DNA from: Intoshia linei
Taxonomy: Eukaryota; Animalia; Orthonectida
Length of the DNA: 44,589 bases
Direction of reading: 5' to 3'
NCBI GenBank assembly: GCA_001642005.1
Contig: LWCA01000171.1
Location: 1 to 44,589 of the forward strand
Under the pieces are notes generated by a model. The model was not told where the DNA came from and did no database searches. It saw only the letters and a list, made by a program, of their open reading frames with translations. Made by a program: the position numbers and the translations under genes. Below are positions 25,394 to 37,138 of this stretch, one piece after another. Every line of letters begins with the position of its first letter. The stretch's first letter is position 1.

Positions 25394-27084
25394 AGTGATT
25401 TTGTTATATATACAAATTAATTTTGAAATTTCTAAAAAATTAGATTTAGTAAAAGGATTATAAATTATTCGTAAATATGCAAAATTGGATGAGTGGATTT
25501 TTGCGTCTAAATAGTTTGTTACTAGGATAAGAAAAGTCCAAATATTCCTATATCAAATCGTTGATAGTGAGATTCTTTATTCGTAAAATTTAGTTTATTC
25601 TAGTAATCAGAACAAGCTTAAATCGATTTTAATTTATATTGTTTCATCAATATTAGTAAAATGTCACGGATTCAACAGTTAAGTCATAAAATGTGCTCCT
25701 CTCACCAGTACAGCACATTGTACAGTTTTTTAAATGAAGAAATATTTCACTTTTTTATGGCGACAATCTTGTTGCTAAAATTAAACTAATAATGCATAAT
25801 TACCTCAAAATTATCTCTAGAAAAAGGTTAAAATGTTTACAAAAATACACATTTATATTAACGCAATGAGTAGTGATGGATATGGAAACTCGCGCTTTAA
25901 TAATTTAAACAATAGTTTTATTATCGTTTAACCAGGTTACATTTAATTTCATTTTTGTTAGTGTTGATCTGTAAAATATTTTGATCTGTGTGATGTATTT
26001 TTGTCGATTATTCTCTTTATTTATTAAAAATTTCGAGAAACTATTGAATTGTATTGTATCCTCTTTAGACTGACAAAATTTATGATTAATGGAAATTTTG
26101 TCTTGATATATTATTGCTTTTGTCGTTTAAAGATTAATTACATAGATTCTGCATTTTATAAAATCCAATTTATGGTATTTACAAAACTTTGTAATTATAA
26201 TTTTGAAACTTTTTGTTTTATAATATTCAATTATCACTTATTAACACTATGCGTGTGCTATCATTTGAAATTTGTTAACATTTTTATATTTTCCAACTAC
26301 TGTATATCAAATATATAACACGCATAATGTTAAGATTAAATTAATGTTGAAAAATTATTGATGATATATTTCATCCCTCTATTGGACAACATTTACCGGC
26401 TTATATTCGACAATGTCTATCAAACATTTTCATTACTGATCCACCCCGCTTATCATTAAATTTTTTTTTATATCCATCCGCAAATAATGACCAATGCACT
26501 GCAGAGTACCCTATAATTTATCAATATATTATCAGTAGAGCAATCAATTGTAACATAAGGCAAGAAAAGATCGAAATATTTCAGAAAAAAACAAAAAATT
26601 ATTTTATGTCATTTATAACAGTGGTTCCCAAAAAAATATATTGATAACCCCCCTAACAGAATACAAATATTTCTAGAAAAAATTTATTAGTACAAAATAA
26701 TGAATATGTTTATTATATTATTATAACAGCGATTACTAAAATATTATCTTTTAATATATACTATGGTAGCCCTAATTAAATGGAAAATTAATATGAGAAG
26801 TTAATTAAAATAAATAATTAGCTAACTAAATAAGTAGTTAATTATAATTACTGTTGTGAATCACAACAATTCTTAAATATAATTAATATTAAAATAACGC
26901 ACTTGAAACATATTGTTGATTTCTGTGATATAATTTGATACATTTGAAATTTTAACAAAGAAAATTTAATCCTTCCGAGACTATTAATTTTTAGAAATGT
27001 TTACACTAATTTTATTAAAATTTTTATTTTATCAGAACTTAAATTTCAAAAAATTAAAGCTTTAATATATTTATTAACATAAAT

Positions 27085-27300
27085 AAGATACAACTGTACC
27101 ACCTGTAAAAATTTTTAAAGTATAGGGCTGTCTTCATTAAAAGTATAATTAAGTTTCATCACGTAAGATGTTAGTTTGGCAGGTTGATATTTATCTTACT
27201 AAAATCCCGGAAAAAACTAATAGAAATGCGGACTTTATAAAGTCTAAGTCGGGTAGTTATTGAAATAAACGATAGCACAAACAAAGCATATTACATTGTA
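27085..27300 (-). repeat. Fragment of the Helitron-like family
   Basis: GATACAACTGTACCACCTGTA...GGACTTTATAA...GTAGTTATTGAAATAAA shared with 11080-11430 and 38535-38900. Confidence 0.7.
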
Positions 27301-28569
27301 TATTAGGGTGATCACTTTTGCATATTTTTTTAAAAGATCAAAAAGTATATTTCACAATCAGGATTATTGGTGATCACTTTCCTGAAAAAATTATTCAAAT
27401 TGGTTAAGTTTGGAATCGGTCACTCTACATCCAAATTTTTCCCTAAAAAGTTTAAATTATTTACTTTATTTTCATAATAAAATGTTATAAAAATTTGTAA
27501 CAAATGTAAAATTAATGCATATAGTTTAAAATATTGTCGCGTCATTTTATAAAATTGGAATACTTGACTAATAAATAAATCATCTACATTAAACATATCA
27601 TAACACTGTATATTATTTTGAAAATGCAAGTTTAAGTTTGACTTAAACCGATATAAATATTTCATTTAATGACTAAAAAGTGGTAATATGTTGAAATTGT
27701 ATATAATAAAAATATAAAGGTAAAGTAAATAAATATACTTTATTTTTTAAAATCAGATTAAAAGCTAAGTCGTAACGTGCGCGCCTTAATACCATTGTTA
27801 CGGTTAAACTGCAATCATCATGTTTAAATGAACCAAAAAGATCATAACTTTAAATAAAGTTAAACGTTTATATACAAATAAATTATTGCAATATATTAAA
27901 TTAACATAATTTATTCTGTCAATTTATAATATTTTACTGTTACAAACGAAATACATGTATCGTTTTTAGTTAATAATTTACAATACTGATTAGTTTGAAA
28001 CAATTTTCTACATTATAATCAGTAATTAGATAATATAATAATTAATAATCATTCATATTCATCAAATATTACTTACATCGACTTGTCATACATTTTGTTT
28101 TGAATCAAAATCTCTTAAAATGTAATATTTTGAGATGCATTGGACTACGTATAACGGTTTTCATCGACTGTACCTATCCAACAGTTTTGTGAACCAGCCG
28201 TAATTTTTAACATGATTTCTAACTGTCTCAGAATTTGACTTTTATCCATTATCAAAGCATTAGAATATAAAATGTTGGTTATAATTTAGAAATTTTTAAT
28301 AAAATAAGGAATAATAGAGTTTGAGAACCAGTTCAGATTAATCTGACTGGTAAATCCTAGTTTCACCATAATAATCAATGTTAAAAATCCATACTAAAGA
28401 ATCAAGTCATAGAATATTATAAAATTGAAATAGTGAAGTGCCGATTTAATTAATAATCCAATTATCTCCAACTCCATTGTGTTTGTTATATAAGTTATAC
28501 CGGATGGAAGTATAAATAATATCCGTTACAATTACTTACAAATTACAATGTTAATTCTCAAATTAATTC

Positions 28570-29300
28570 ATTTGTGAAATAAATTTATTTTACATTATTT
28601 AAAAAATATTTTAAAACACTTAACATGTTTATAGATTCGTTCCTTTAACACGTTCTACATTTCGTAACTTATCATCGTACTTATAAATTATTAAAAACTT
28701 ATTACTAACGCCTATCTATTAAATTCACTTTAGTTATTGCACTTATTGGAAATGCGTCATTACACATCAGCTCAGCTGTCAACTTCTTGATTCATTAATT
28801 TTTTTTATCAATGGAGTTATTTGTCTGTTTTATTGGTTTATAACTGATAAATAAACATTATGTATTGGTATCAATATCATATTTGCTCACCAAGGCCTAA
28901 AGTGGAAGACCCACTGCAGCATATCATTATTTTTTAACCTTACACACGGCTTTATCATCTTTACATTAATATTTTAATCAAATGTTGGATATTATTTATT
29001 TTGTACAATTTTTTCTCGGTATTTTTTAAAGCACAATCACTAATCAACAACCAAGAATCAGATTTGTTTCACGTAATACATCAAATTATATAATATTTTG
29101 TTCCCCATTTTTTAATAAAGTGGGCATTGAACTTCGTTACGTATCCACCTTCTTTCAAAAATACAAAAGTAGTTGCAGCATTTTTTAATTTAAACAATTC
29201 ATTCCAGATTGAGTTATATCAGTAACAAATGGATGGATTATCCAAGTTTCCATTTCTAATTCATTAATATCTTTATAACGAACAATGGTCATTTTTTTAA
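28570..29300 (-). mobile_element. Highly decayed hAT transposase remnants
   Basis: 28590-28670 on - resembles the hAT 3' segment at 17450-17540; ~29290-29215 translates VRYKDINELEMETWIIHPFVTD, similar to the RF.D....P.W...PF segment of SCAND3/FAM200-like transposases. Confidence 0.5.
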
Positions 29301-29815
29301 TCGGCTCAAATTTGTTCAAGAAAATTTTAAATCGTTACTACTTATATTGTTTTAATAATAATAAAATCAATCCAATAAAAAAAATATTTTTTAATTTATA
29401 TGGAAATCAAAACAATTTTTTTACGGCATCCTTTGACATTTTAGATTGGACTGTAAAATTTAAGTAATCTCAGTACATCTATTGTTAATTTCAGAATTTA
29501 CCTAAAATGATTAATCTGAGCTTGAAAACAATAATTGGTTTCCAATCCAAGTCATAATAGTGTATGGACTCAATTATACAATATTTAAGTATGGTATTTC
29601 AAATTGAAAATTATCTTTTCCGTGTTACTTTTGCTCAATAGACCAAAGTTGTGTAAATGAGTCTGTAATTAAGCAGATCTGTACTAAACTACATAAAAAT
29701 TTACAAAAAGTACGAAAATAATAAGATTTTGATGAAAAAGAAAGTGGCAGCCTATATACTGAAAAAGTAAATTTATTAATATTAATAAATACATATACTG
29801 TATTTGGCCTTTAAT

Positions 29816-29977
29816 TTATTTGGCTCTAAAAATTTAAATTAATTTTAAACCCAAATAAATTTTACCTAGCTCGGACTTTTCGGCGTTTACGCTTCAGTCT
29901 TCGCATTCGTTTCTTTCTCCACTAAAAATTAAATCATTACTAATAATTCGTTATAATATGGATACCTTTGCCCTCAT
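29816..29977 (-). CDS. RPL41: Ribosomal protein eL41 (25 aa, MRAKWRKKRMRRLKRKRRKVRARAK), three coding exons
   Basis: Exons 29977-29966 (ATGAGGGCAAAG), 29921-29866, 29825-29816; GT-AG introns of 44 and 40 nt; translation nearly identical to canonical eL41; AATAAA shortly downstream. Confidence 0.97.
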
Positions 29978-30561
29978 ACTATATCAGCAAGTTCAAATTT
30001 AAAGTGGGGCAAGTTTAAATTAACAATTTGTTTTAATAATTTAAATTTCAACGCTTCGTGTTTCTCTAATATCGCTTTATGGATTTGTGAAATAAACTAT
30101 TGTAACTATTGTTACTGTATTTTGTATTGATATTTTGTTTCCATGAACGCCATTAATATAAAGTATTGTTTTTTTTAATTGAGGTACTAAATACAATGTA
30201 ATCAACACGACAGAAAATGAATTCAACATATTGTAATGTCAACATCGTTTTGATAATTATGGAGTAATTACATCAAACTTCTTGCAATTTTATCTAATAC
30301 TTTTGTCTATATTTGAATTTTTTCGTTTACTACATTTACATCTATCTTATGGTTCATCAATGTTTAACCGAGGTTTGCTGATCCAATAATACATTTAATC
30401 TTTCATTAGTAATGTTATTAGTGACAAATTTATCACAAGACTTGTGATATATTTTGTGACACAAGGTTGACTTGATACTTGAATATACAATTGTAACAAT
30501 TAATACGCAAATAAATCAATATTTTTGATTAAAATTTAATAAAACAAAAAAAATAATTACA

Positions 30562-31080
30562 ATGGAATTCAACGAAAAATGGTTAATTAAAAAATGTCAA
30601 GAATATGGACAAAAAATTAATCCACACTACCTAGAAAATTATAACGATATATTAAAAATAACAAAATTTGATTCATTCATAATAAAGGAATATGGAGAAT
30701 CGAGTCAATTTTTTTATATTCAAAACATAATGTTTAATTTATCTCAATATTTTTACATAAGTTTGCTAGTAAAATATAATTTTGATCATGAAAGAACAAA
30801 TGACAAAAATTGTTTCACGACATGTAATTATAATGATTTTTCAAAAAGAATATACACGTACGAGTATAAACAAAAAATTTTCAAAAATTACCTTAAATTT
30901 GAAACAAAATTTGATGATAAATCGGAAACTTTTTGCATTTTTAAAGTTTTTAATAGTATTTTAACATTTTACGACATTGCTGTAGACATGTTTCAACATT
31001 TTAAGGAAATTGTAATCAATCGAAAAGGTTCAGACTATGCATTTACAGACATGTGTTTATTTTATTTTGAAAATTGCTAA
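30562..31080 (+). CDS. Intronless hypothetical protein, 172 aa, aromatic-rich, no recognised domain
   Basis: Uninterrupted 519-nt ATG-TAA ORF in very AT-rich DNA, A-rich start context; no homology recognised. Confidence 0.6.
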   Translation: MEFNEKWLIKKCQEYGQKINPHYLENYNDILKITKFDSFIIKEYGESSQFFYIQNIMFNLSQYFYISLLVKYNFDHERTNDKNCFTTCNYNDFSKRIYTYEYKQKIFKNYLKFETKFDDKSETFCIFKVFNSILTFYDIAVDMFQHFKEIVINRKGSDYAFTDMCLFYFENC

Positions 31081-31197
31081 AAGTTTTTTTTTGCTTTATT
31101 TTATATGTGGATCAAACTAATTATCTCTACTTGTTCCAAATTGATTACAATTTTAGATATACGAAATAAGGTACAATATTTATTTACATTAGTTAAG

Positions 31198-31811
31198 GGG
31201 TGTCTACTTAAATCCAACCATTTTTACTTAATTCCAACTATTTTTACTAAAACTCAAAATTTACCAACACTAACAGGAAAAATTCAGTTTTAACAACCTT
31301 TAAAGCAAAAATCCAGTTTTAACAACCTTAAAAGGAAAAATTCCAGTTTTACCAACCCTAAAAGAAAAATTCTAGTTTTACCAATCTTTAACGGAAAAAT
31401 CCAGTTGTAGGTATAATATGGTATCTTAATATTTCAATTTTAACTTGGGTCAGTAGTGGATGATATAACTCAAAAACAAAAACTCGATTTTTCCATTAAA
31501 GGTTGGTAAAAGTGGGTTTTCCCATAAAGGTTGGTAAAATTGTGGTTTTTCCTTAGGGGTTTGTAAAAGTAGACTTTTTATTAAAGGTTAGTAAAACTGG
31601 AATTTTTCATTTTAGGGTTGGTAAAATTGGGATTTTACCTAAAGGGCTTTTAAAATAGAATTTTTCTATTAAAGGTTGTTAAAAGTGGGTTGTCCCATAA
31701 GGTTTGGTGAAATTAGGATTTTTCTTTAGGTGTTTGTAATTGTGGATTTTTCCCTTAAAGGTTGGTAAATTTTGATTTTTAGTAAAAATGGTTGGATCTA
31801 AGAATATTCTC
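31198..31811. mobile_element. Foldback/Mutator-like non-autonomous element with inverted arrays of ~30-bp tandem repeats
   Basis: Perfect 9-bp TSD TTAGTTAAG (31189-31197, 31812-31820); termini start with G; left arm units ACCAACCTTTAANGGAAAAATCCAGTTTT, right arm their reverse complement; shared subterminal TTA(A/G)ATCCAACCATTTTTACT. Confidence 0.88.
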
Positions 31812-31895
31812 TTAGTTAAGCATAGATTTCTTATTTTTTTTCACGTTATGTTAAATAACTATGTAGTAAATAATCATAACGTCCATTCTCTAAAC

Positions 31896-32768
31896 CAGTG
31901 TTTCTTAATCTTTTTTGGTTCACGGTGCACTTGTGAAATAGATAAAGATTTGGGGCGCACCTTAAATTTTAATACGCAAAATATCATTGATTTTGGAAAA
32001 TTTGCAAAGATTTAAAACGATAAAAATATAAAATATATTTTTTTAAAATTAAATTATTATATTGATTTTTTAATGGGAGATTTTGAAGATAACTTTGAGT
32101 CAAAAAATTTGTTGGGTTTTTAAGGGACTTTTTACTTAATTTTTAAAGATTTTATGATAATTTTTCGATAAAAATTTTGAAGGGTTTTTAAAGATACCTT
32201 AAAATGTTAAAAACCCTAAAAAATATCTTAAAAATGTTCCTGTAATTTTTTTTAAAATTTTAGGGGTGTTTTGATTTGTCAAAAAAGGGTAATATGTGGT
32301 TTTGTTCGTGAAAATTATCTTTTTTGAGGTTGCCATTTATGATAATATTTATAATTTTAAAAACTATCCCAGAATTTATGTTTTATAAAATTTTAGGGCA
32401 TGTTTGATTTGTTAAACAAAGTGTAATTGGGGTTTTGACCATGAAGGTATGCGCTTCTGAAGCTAAGATTCATGACAATGTTAATGATTTTAAAACGCGT
32501 TTCATAATGTATGTTTTATTAAATTATTGGGCTGATTTTATTTTTTCTACCTGAAGGACTTAAATTTTGAAACTAAAAAATAAATGTAAACACGGCCTGG
32601 GAAAAACTGTTTTAGATATTGAGTTTTGTTAAATTCTACGAATGTCATTTTTTTTAAATAATAATAATATAATAATTAAAGAATTAGTAGTTAGTATTTC
32701 CAATATCTTTAAACTGCCTCCTAATGTATCCTATGTATGCCCATAGAAAAAAGGATTGAGAAACATTG
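31896..32768. mobile_element. Decayed hAT-like MITE containing a Helitron-family fragment (~32230-32650)
   Basis: Ends CAGTGTTTCTTAATC / GATTGAGAAACATTG; TSD poorly conserved; interior resembles the reverse complement of 14780-15000. Confidence 0.6.
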
Positions 32769-32852
32769 GAATAAATAAAGGCCTATTTCACTTTAAAAAT
32801 TTTTGCCAACTATATTGATAAATAAATATTGAAATAGTTTCAAATTTGAAAC

Positions 32853-33608
32853 ATGGAAATTGTAAAATTACTTTTAATAATTCAATTATGGACAAGTTCC
32901 CTTTGCAAATTATTATCATTACAATGTAACGACATTATAAATTCAGACAATTTTGATATCTCTTACAATGACATAAAATATATAAAAGAGGAAATGGATA
33001 AAATAGACGCAGAGTATATTGCAAAATCGACTGGTGGCGACGTGAATGGAGTGATTGATGAATATGAAGATAGAATGTCGGCAGAAATATTGAAATTATT
33101 TCCAGATTTCAAAAAAGACACATTAATCCAACTTTTACATGTTGATGAAATACAATTGAATGAAAATAATGAAAATGACAATAGTTTCACAACTCACTAC
33201 AAACATATTGCTAAAATGTACAATTTACTATATGCATTAAACAACAAAAAAACTAAAAATAATTACAAAATACAAATCATGTACAATGATCATAATATCA
33301 CGGAAATTTCAGATTTAAGTGTGACACAAAGTTACATGATCCGAGAAAATTTCATTCATAAATATCCAAATAATCCAATCTATGAATGGACTACTACACC
33401 CAGTCGACAATACTGGAAATATACTGGCCCAATCGGAACCATTGGTACAAATGGATTAAATACTAATGGTGAACCTAGACCGCCATATTATAAAAGAATT
33501 TCTTATAAAAATCCTATCCATTGCAAGATTGAAGCAGCTTCTCTTCTGCGCTTGCGAATTATTTTGCAATTACCAGTTATTACAGAAGATAATTTTCTAG
33601 CAAATTAA
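32853..33608 (+). CDS. Intronless hypothetical secreted protein, 251 aa
   Basis: 756-nt ORF; N-terminus MEIVKLLLIIQLWTSSLC resembles a signal peptide; AATAAA ~11 nt after the stop; no recognised domain. Confidence 0.75.
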   Translation: MEIVKLLLIIQLWTSSLCKLLSLQCNDIINSDNFDISYNDIKYIKEEMDKIDAEYIAKSTGGDVNGVIDEYEDRMSAEILKLFPDFKKDTLIQLLHVDEIQLNENNENDNSFTTHYKHIAKMYNLLYALNNKKTKNNYKIQIMYNDHNITEISDLSVTQSYMIRENFIHKYPNNPIYEWTTTPSRQYWKYTGPIGTIGTNGLNTNGEPRPPYYKRISYKNPIHCKIEAASLLRLRIILQLPVITEDNFLAN

Positions 33609-33767
33609 TTTTGATGGAAATAAATTTTAATATTCAACATGTTGCATTTTTAAATTTTAAACATCTTTAATTTTAATTTATCTACACTTTAATCATTTTC
33701 ATCCTTAACATTCCTCATACCAAAAATAATAAAATCACACATTACATCAATATCCTTTACTTATATA

Positions 33768-35638
33768 TAGTGGTCGCTCCCTAAATTGAACACTAATTGC
33801 AAAAAAATGAATGGTGTTCATCTTTTAGAGATTGAACACTGTTTATTCAAAAAAGATTTAATATTGAAATATAACATATATAATATTAACTTTTATTTCC
33901 TGATTGTCGTAATAAAATCTGTTATTTTTAAGTTTCTTTCACTCTTTTCTTTAATTTCAAGTTATATTAAATCTATAATTTTTTCAAGCCTCTCAATTGT
34001 ATTGTTAACGAACCAAACTTGCAATTCTTCGAGCATTTTAACCACATCATATGGGGTAAGTTCTTTTTTGAATTCATTTTCATTATTTTCATCCTGATCA
34101 TCATGTTCCTCTATCAATTCATTAATATACTCTTCTTCATTCTCACACACATATGGATCAAATGGTAAAAATTCCTCTACTGATTCATTTTCTATAATCT
34201 GATTTGGAGTTTTTATCAAAGCATTTTCCATTGCCTTATTAAAGCTATTTTTTATTGTGTCAACAGAAACATTATTCCAGGAGTAGTATATAAGATATAA
34301 TACATCATATAAGGTATAATAAGGTTTCAAATCTTGATATAAAAAATCTTTATTCTTTTCATAATCTAGTTTAAACAATATTTTATTTGACATCAACTTC
34401 TTATAACATGATTTAAATGACCTAATGATGCCTTGGTCACACGATGTGAGGTGTGTGAACCAATGATGTGGAGTTTGGAGGAAAATATAGTAATTCAATA
34501 TTGCTAACTACCGTATCAACAGGGTGTACTGGAGCGTTATCCAGGGTTAATAAAATTTTTCTGTTTTCATTTCTCATCTTTTGATTCAAATTATCAACCC
34601 ATTTCTTAAATATTAAAAGGTTCATTCATGCTTTTGTTTTTAAACGAATGTGGAGATTTAGCCTTCCCAATGACTAAAGGAATAAGTTTTTCACCAATCA
34701 TATTTGTACAGAACAAAATCGTTATTCTTTGTTTTAAGTACTTTCCACTTGCCTTATCATCTTCATTTAAAACATTGTTTTATTAATAGATTCTTTCCAA
34801 AATAATCCCGTCTCGTCACAATTATAAATATCAGAATGACCATATTCACTTACTTTTCTTTCATAAATACTTTTAAAGTCCTTCACTAATTCTATATTTA
34901 CCAATCTGGATTCTCCAACAATGCGCTTAGTTAATAATCCATGACGTTTCTTGAATTTATTGATATATCCATCAAAATCATTGAAGTCTAAGACACCATA
35001 TTTTTCTGCCAGTTTCAACGCAATTTCCTTCAAATTATTGTTGCTTATTGCAAAATTTCGCTTTCTCTTATTCTGTACCCATTGGTACAGTATGGCATCA
35101 AAATCTGATGTCTTTGACAGTTTCCTCTTTCTGCCCATACTTCTTACACATTTTTCAACATCAATATTCATCAAAAAATCTTATTCTTTTAGAATTCTAT
35201 TTATTGAGCCAACGGAAAAATTAAATAGAGTTCCCAAACTTCGTTGAGAAACTCCTAGGTTTTCATCCTTGTGATTAATGACCTTCTTTCGTAATTGTAT
35301 AGGAATATCACCTTTCATATATGGGTATGACTGAACTAAACAATCAAAATTTTAATAAAAATGGTGTTCAAAAATTGAAGAACTTACATTTTCAAATAAA
35401 TTTCTCTTTACACACAAAATTAAAACAAATTTTTGAGTAAAATCAAAATTTTGAAATAAATGAATTGTTCAAATTAAAGAATGTACATTTTCTTATAAAT
35501 TTCTTAAACTATATAAAAAATTAATTAAATTACAACAAATTTATGAGAAAAATCACAATAAATTGTGTTCATGTTCAAGAGTAGGTATGTATAGTCTTAC
35601 CTTATATAAATACTGTTCAATTTAGGGAGCGACCACTG
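33768..35638 (-). mobile_element. Full-length pogo/Tigger (TIGD4/6-like) DNA transposon with disrupted transposase
   Basis: ~25-bp TIRs (C/T)AGTGGTCGCTCCCTAAATTGAACA with TA on both flanks; transposase 35318->33962 with HTHs, IYNCDETGLFW, LTLDNAPVHP, DQGIIRSFK; in-frame stop and frameshifts. Confidence 0.95.
33962..35318 (-). pseudogene. Pogo-family DDD transposase pseudogene
   Basis: ATG 35318 (MKGDIPIQLRKKVI...), TAA near 35180, then ORF pieces 34767..35174, 34437..34625 and 33962..34498. Confidence 0.9.
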
Positions 35639-37138
35639 TATATCTTATATATACTTCAATTATATAAAATGTCTTTTTGTGTGGTTACCGTTTATTTAAA
35701 AAATGAATTGTCCTAGAATTAAAAAAAACACAATTTATAACATATTGTATCGTTTTTGGCGGCTGATATTTTTATTAAAGTTTCTTTTTCGGAAATTGAG
35801 TTCTTTAGGATCAAAAATCCGTTTTGCTTTTTTTAAAAATATATCAGCCCAAAAATTAAAAAAACTTAAATTCTGAGCCGTGTTTTAAATCATGAACATC
35901 CTCAGAAACTTATATTTTCATCTATAAAACCCAAATCAAATTCTTTTAAAAATTACAGGCTAAAATTTTATAAAAAATATATTCTGGAATAGTTTTTAAA
36001 ATCATATGCATTACCATAGATCGGAAGTTTTATGATATTTTTTAACCTGAAAAAAGTGTATTTTCATTATTAAACCCTAGATTACCTTTTTGTTAAAAAT
36101 GAAAATAGTCCTAGAATTTAAAAAAGTATAGATTAGTTATTTCCAGTTAACATAAACAAAACATTTTAACCTCACAGTGATGCCTTCACGGTCAAATAGG
36201 CACTTTAATATTCATTTTTTTTTGTATTTGGTAACTATTTTATTAAAACAAAATATATTCAATAACTACATGTAAGTACCATAAGTCCTAGAATTTAAAA
36301 AGATTATTCTGATAAAGTTTATTTAATTTGATATAGATACAAAATTTTAACCTCAGAAATCTACAATTCTCGGTCAAAAATATAACTTAATTATATTATC
36401 AGCTATATTTTTCAAATTACAATGTATGTAATGTGATTATTATGTGAAATTATGTAAATATTCATCCTACAATTTCAAAAAAAAGTGTATTGAACCTCTA
36501 CACATTTACAACAGAGAAATATGGGTTTAAATCTAATAAATATAACATAAGACCGTTAATAATTTCAATTTTTTGTGTATGTTTCACTGGATATAACTGT
36601 AGCAGCTTTTTCAGCTTTGCAAGCAGTTTGAATCACCTTAATACACATTCAATTTTATGTAAGTAAAGGAAAATTTATTACAATGTTGGTAAAATTCACC
36701 CGAAATGTGTTTTTAAATGTTTCTAGAAGATTTCTAGGATTTTGCTGTTTTTACTTTATTTTTAAGTTTATATACTTATTCTCTATAATAAATTACAAAT
36801 AATCAGCTCACAAAATTGCTTTTAAAATTACAAAATAAAATTTAGTGGGAATAATAGACTTTAAATGTAATTTAAGTATTTGAAACAATTTAAAGGATTG
36901 GTAATAGTGAATAGTAGTATATCTATGTAAGATTTTATTATTGAATTAATTTTTTTGTTAGAATGAAAAAAGTCTGTCCTCGGCAGAGCTAGATGCTGTT
37001 TGTACAAAGTACATAACAGTCAAGCTAGTACAATATAAATACAAACGTCAAATTAAAATTGACCAATATTATCGTCAGCAAGTAAGAGTATACGCATTGC
37101 AATTAAAGTTTAACAAGTAGAATTTTATAAACAATAGT

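Larger units (their letters stand above)
33753..37028 (+). mobile_element. Apparently full-length non-autonomous Helitron-like element with a nested pogo insertion
   Basis: 5' A|TCCTTTACTTATA at 33753; 3' hairpin CTGTTTGTAC-AAA-GTACATAACAG then CTAG|T at 37028; no TIR or TSD; interior 35640-36530 collinear with other copies. Confidence 0.7.

Noticed and set aside
28070-28260. Minus-strand short ORF and GTAAGT donor as a possible first coding exon of the DLGAP-like gene
   Set aside because: The phase does not match the acceptor near 25431 and the frames contain stops; it could be a UTR exon but is unsupported.
31240-31790. CRISPR-like array of ~30-bp repeats
   Set aside because: Units are contiguous without unique spacers, lie in two inverted arms bounded by a 9-bp TSD, no cas genes are present and the context is eukaryotic.
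3558-34097. Many short antisense or intronic ORFs in the track (e.g. 3558..3851, 12726..13001, 19618..19887, 26049..26318, 32963..33190, 33786..34097)
   Set aside because: They are shadows of real exons or AT-rich F/I/L/K/N/Y-biased chance ORFs in introns and repeats, often with non-ATG starts.
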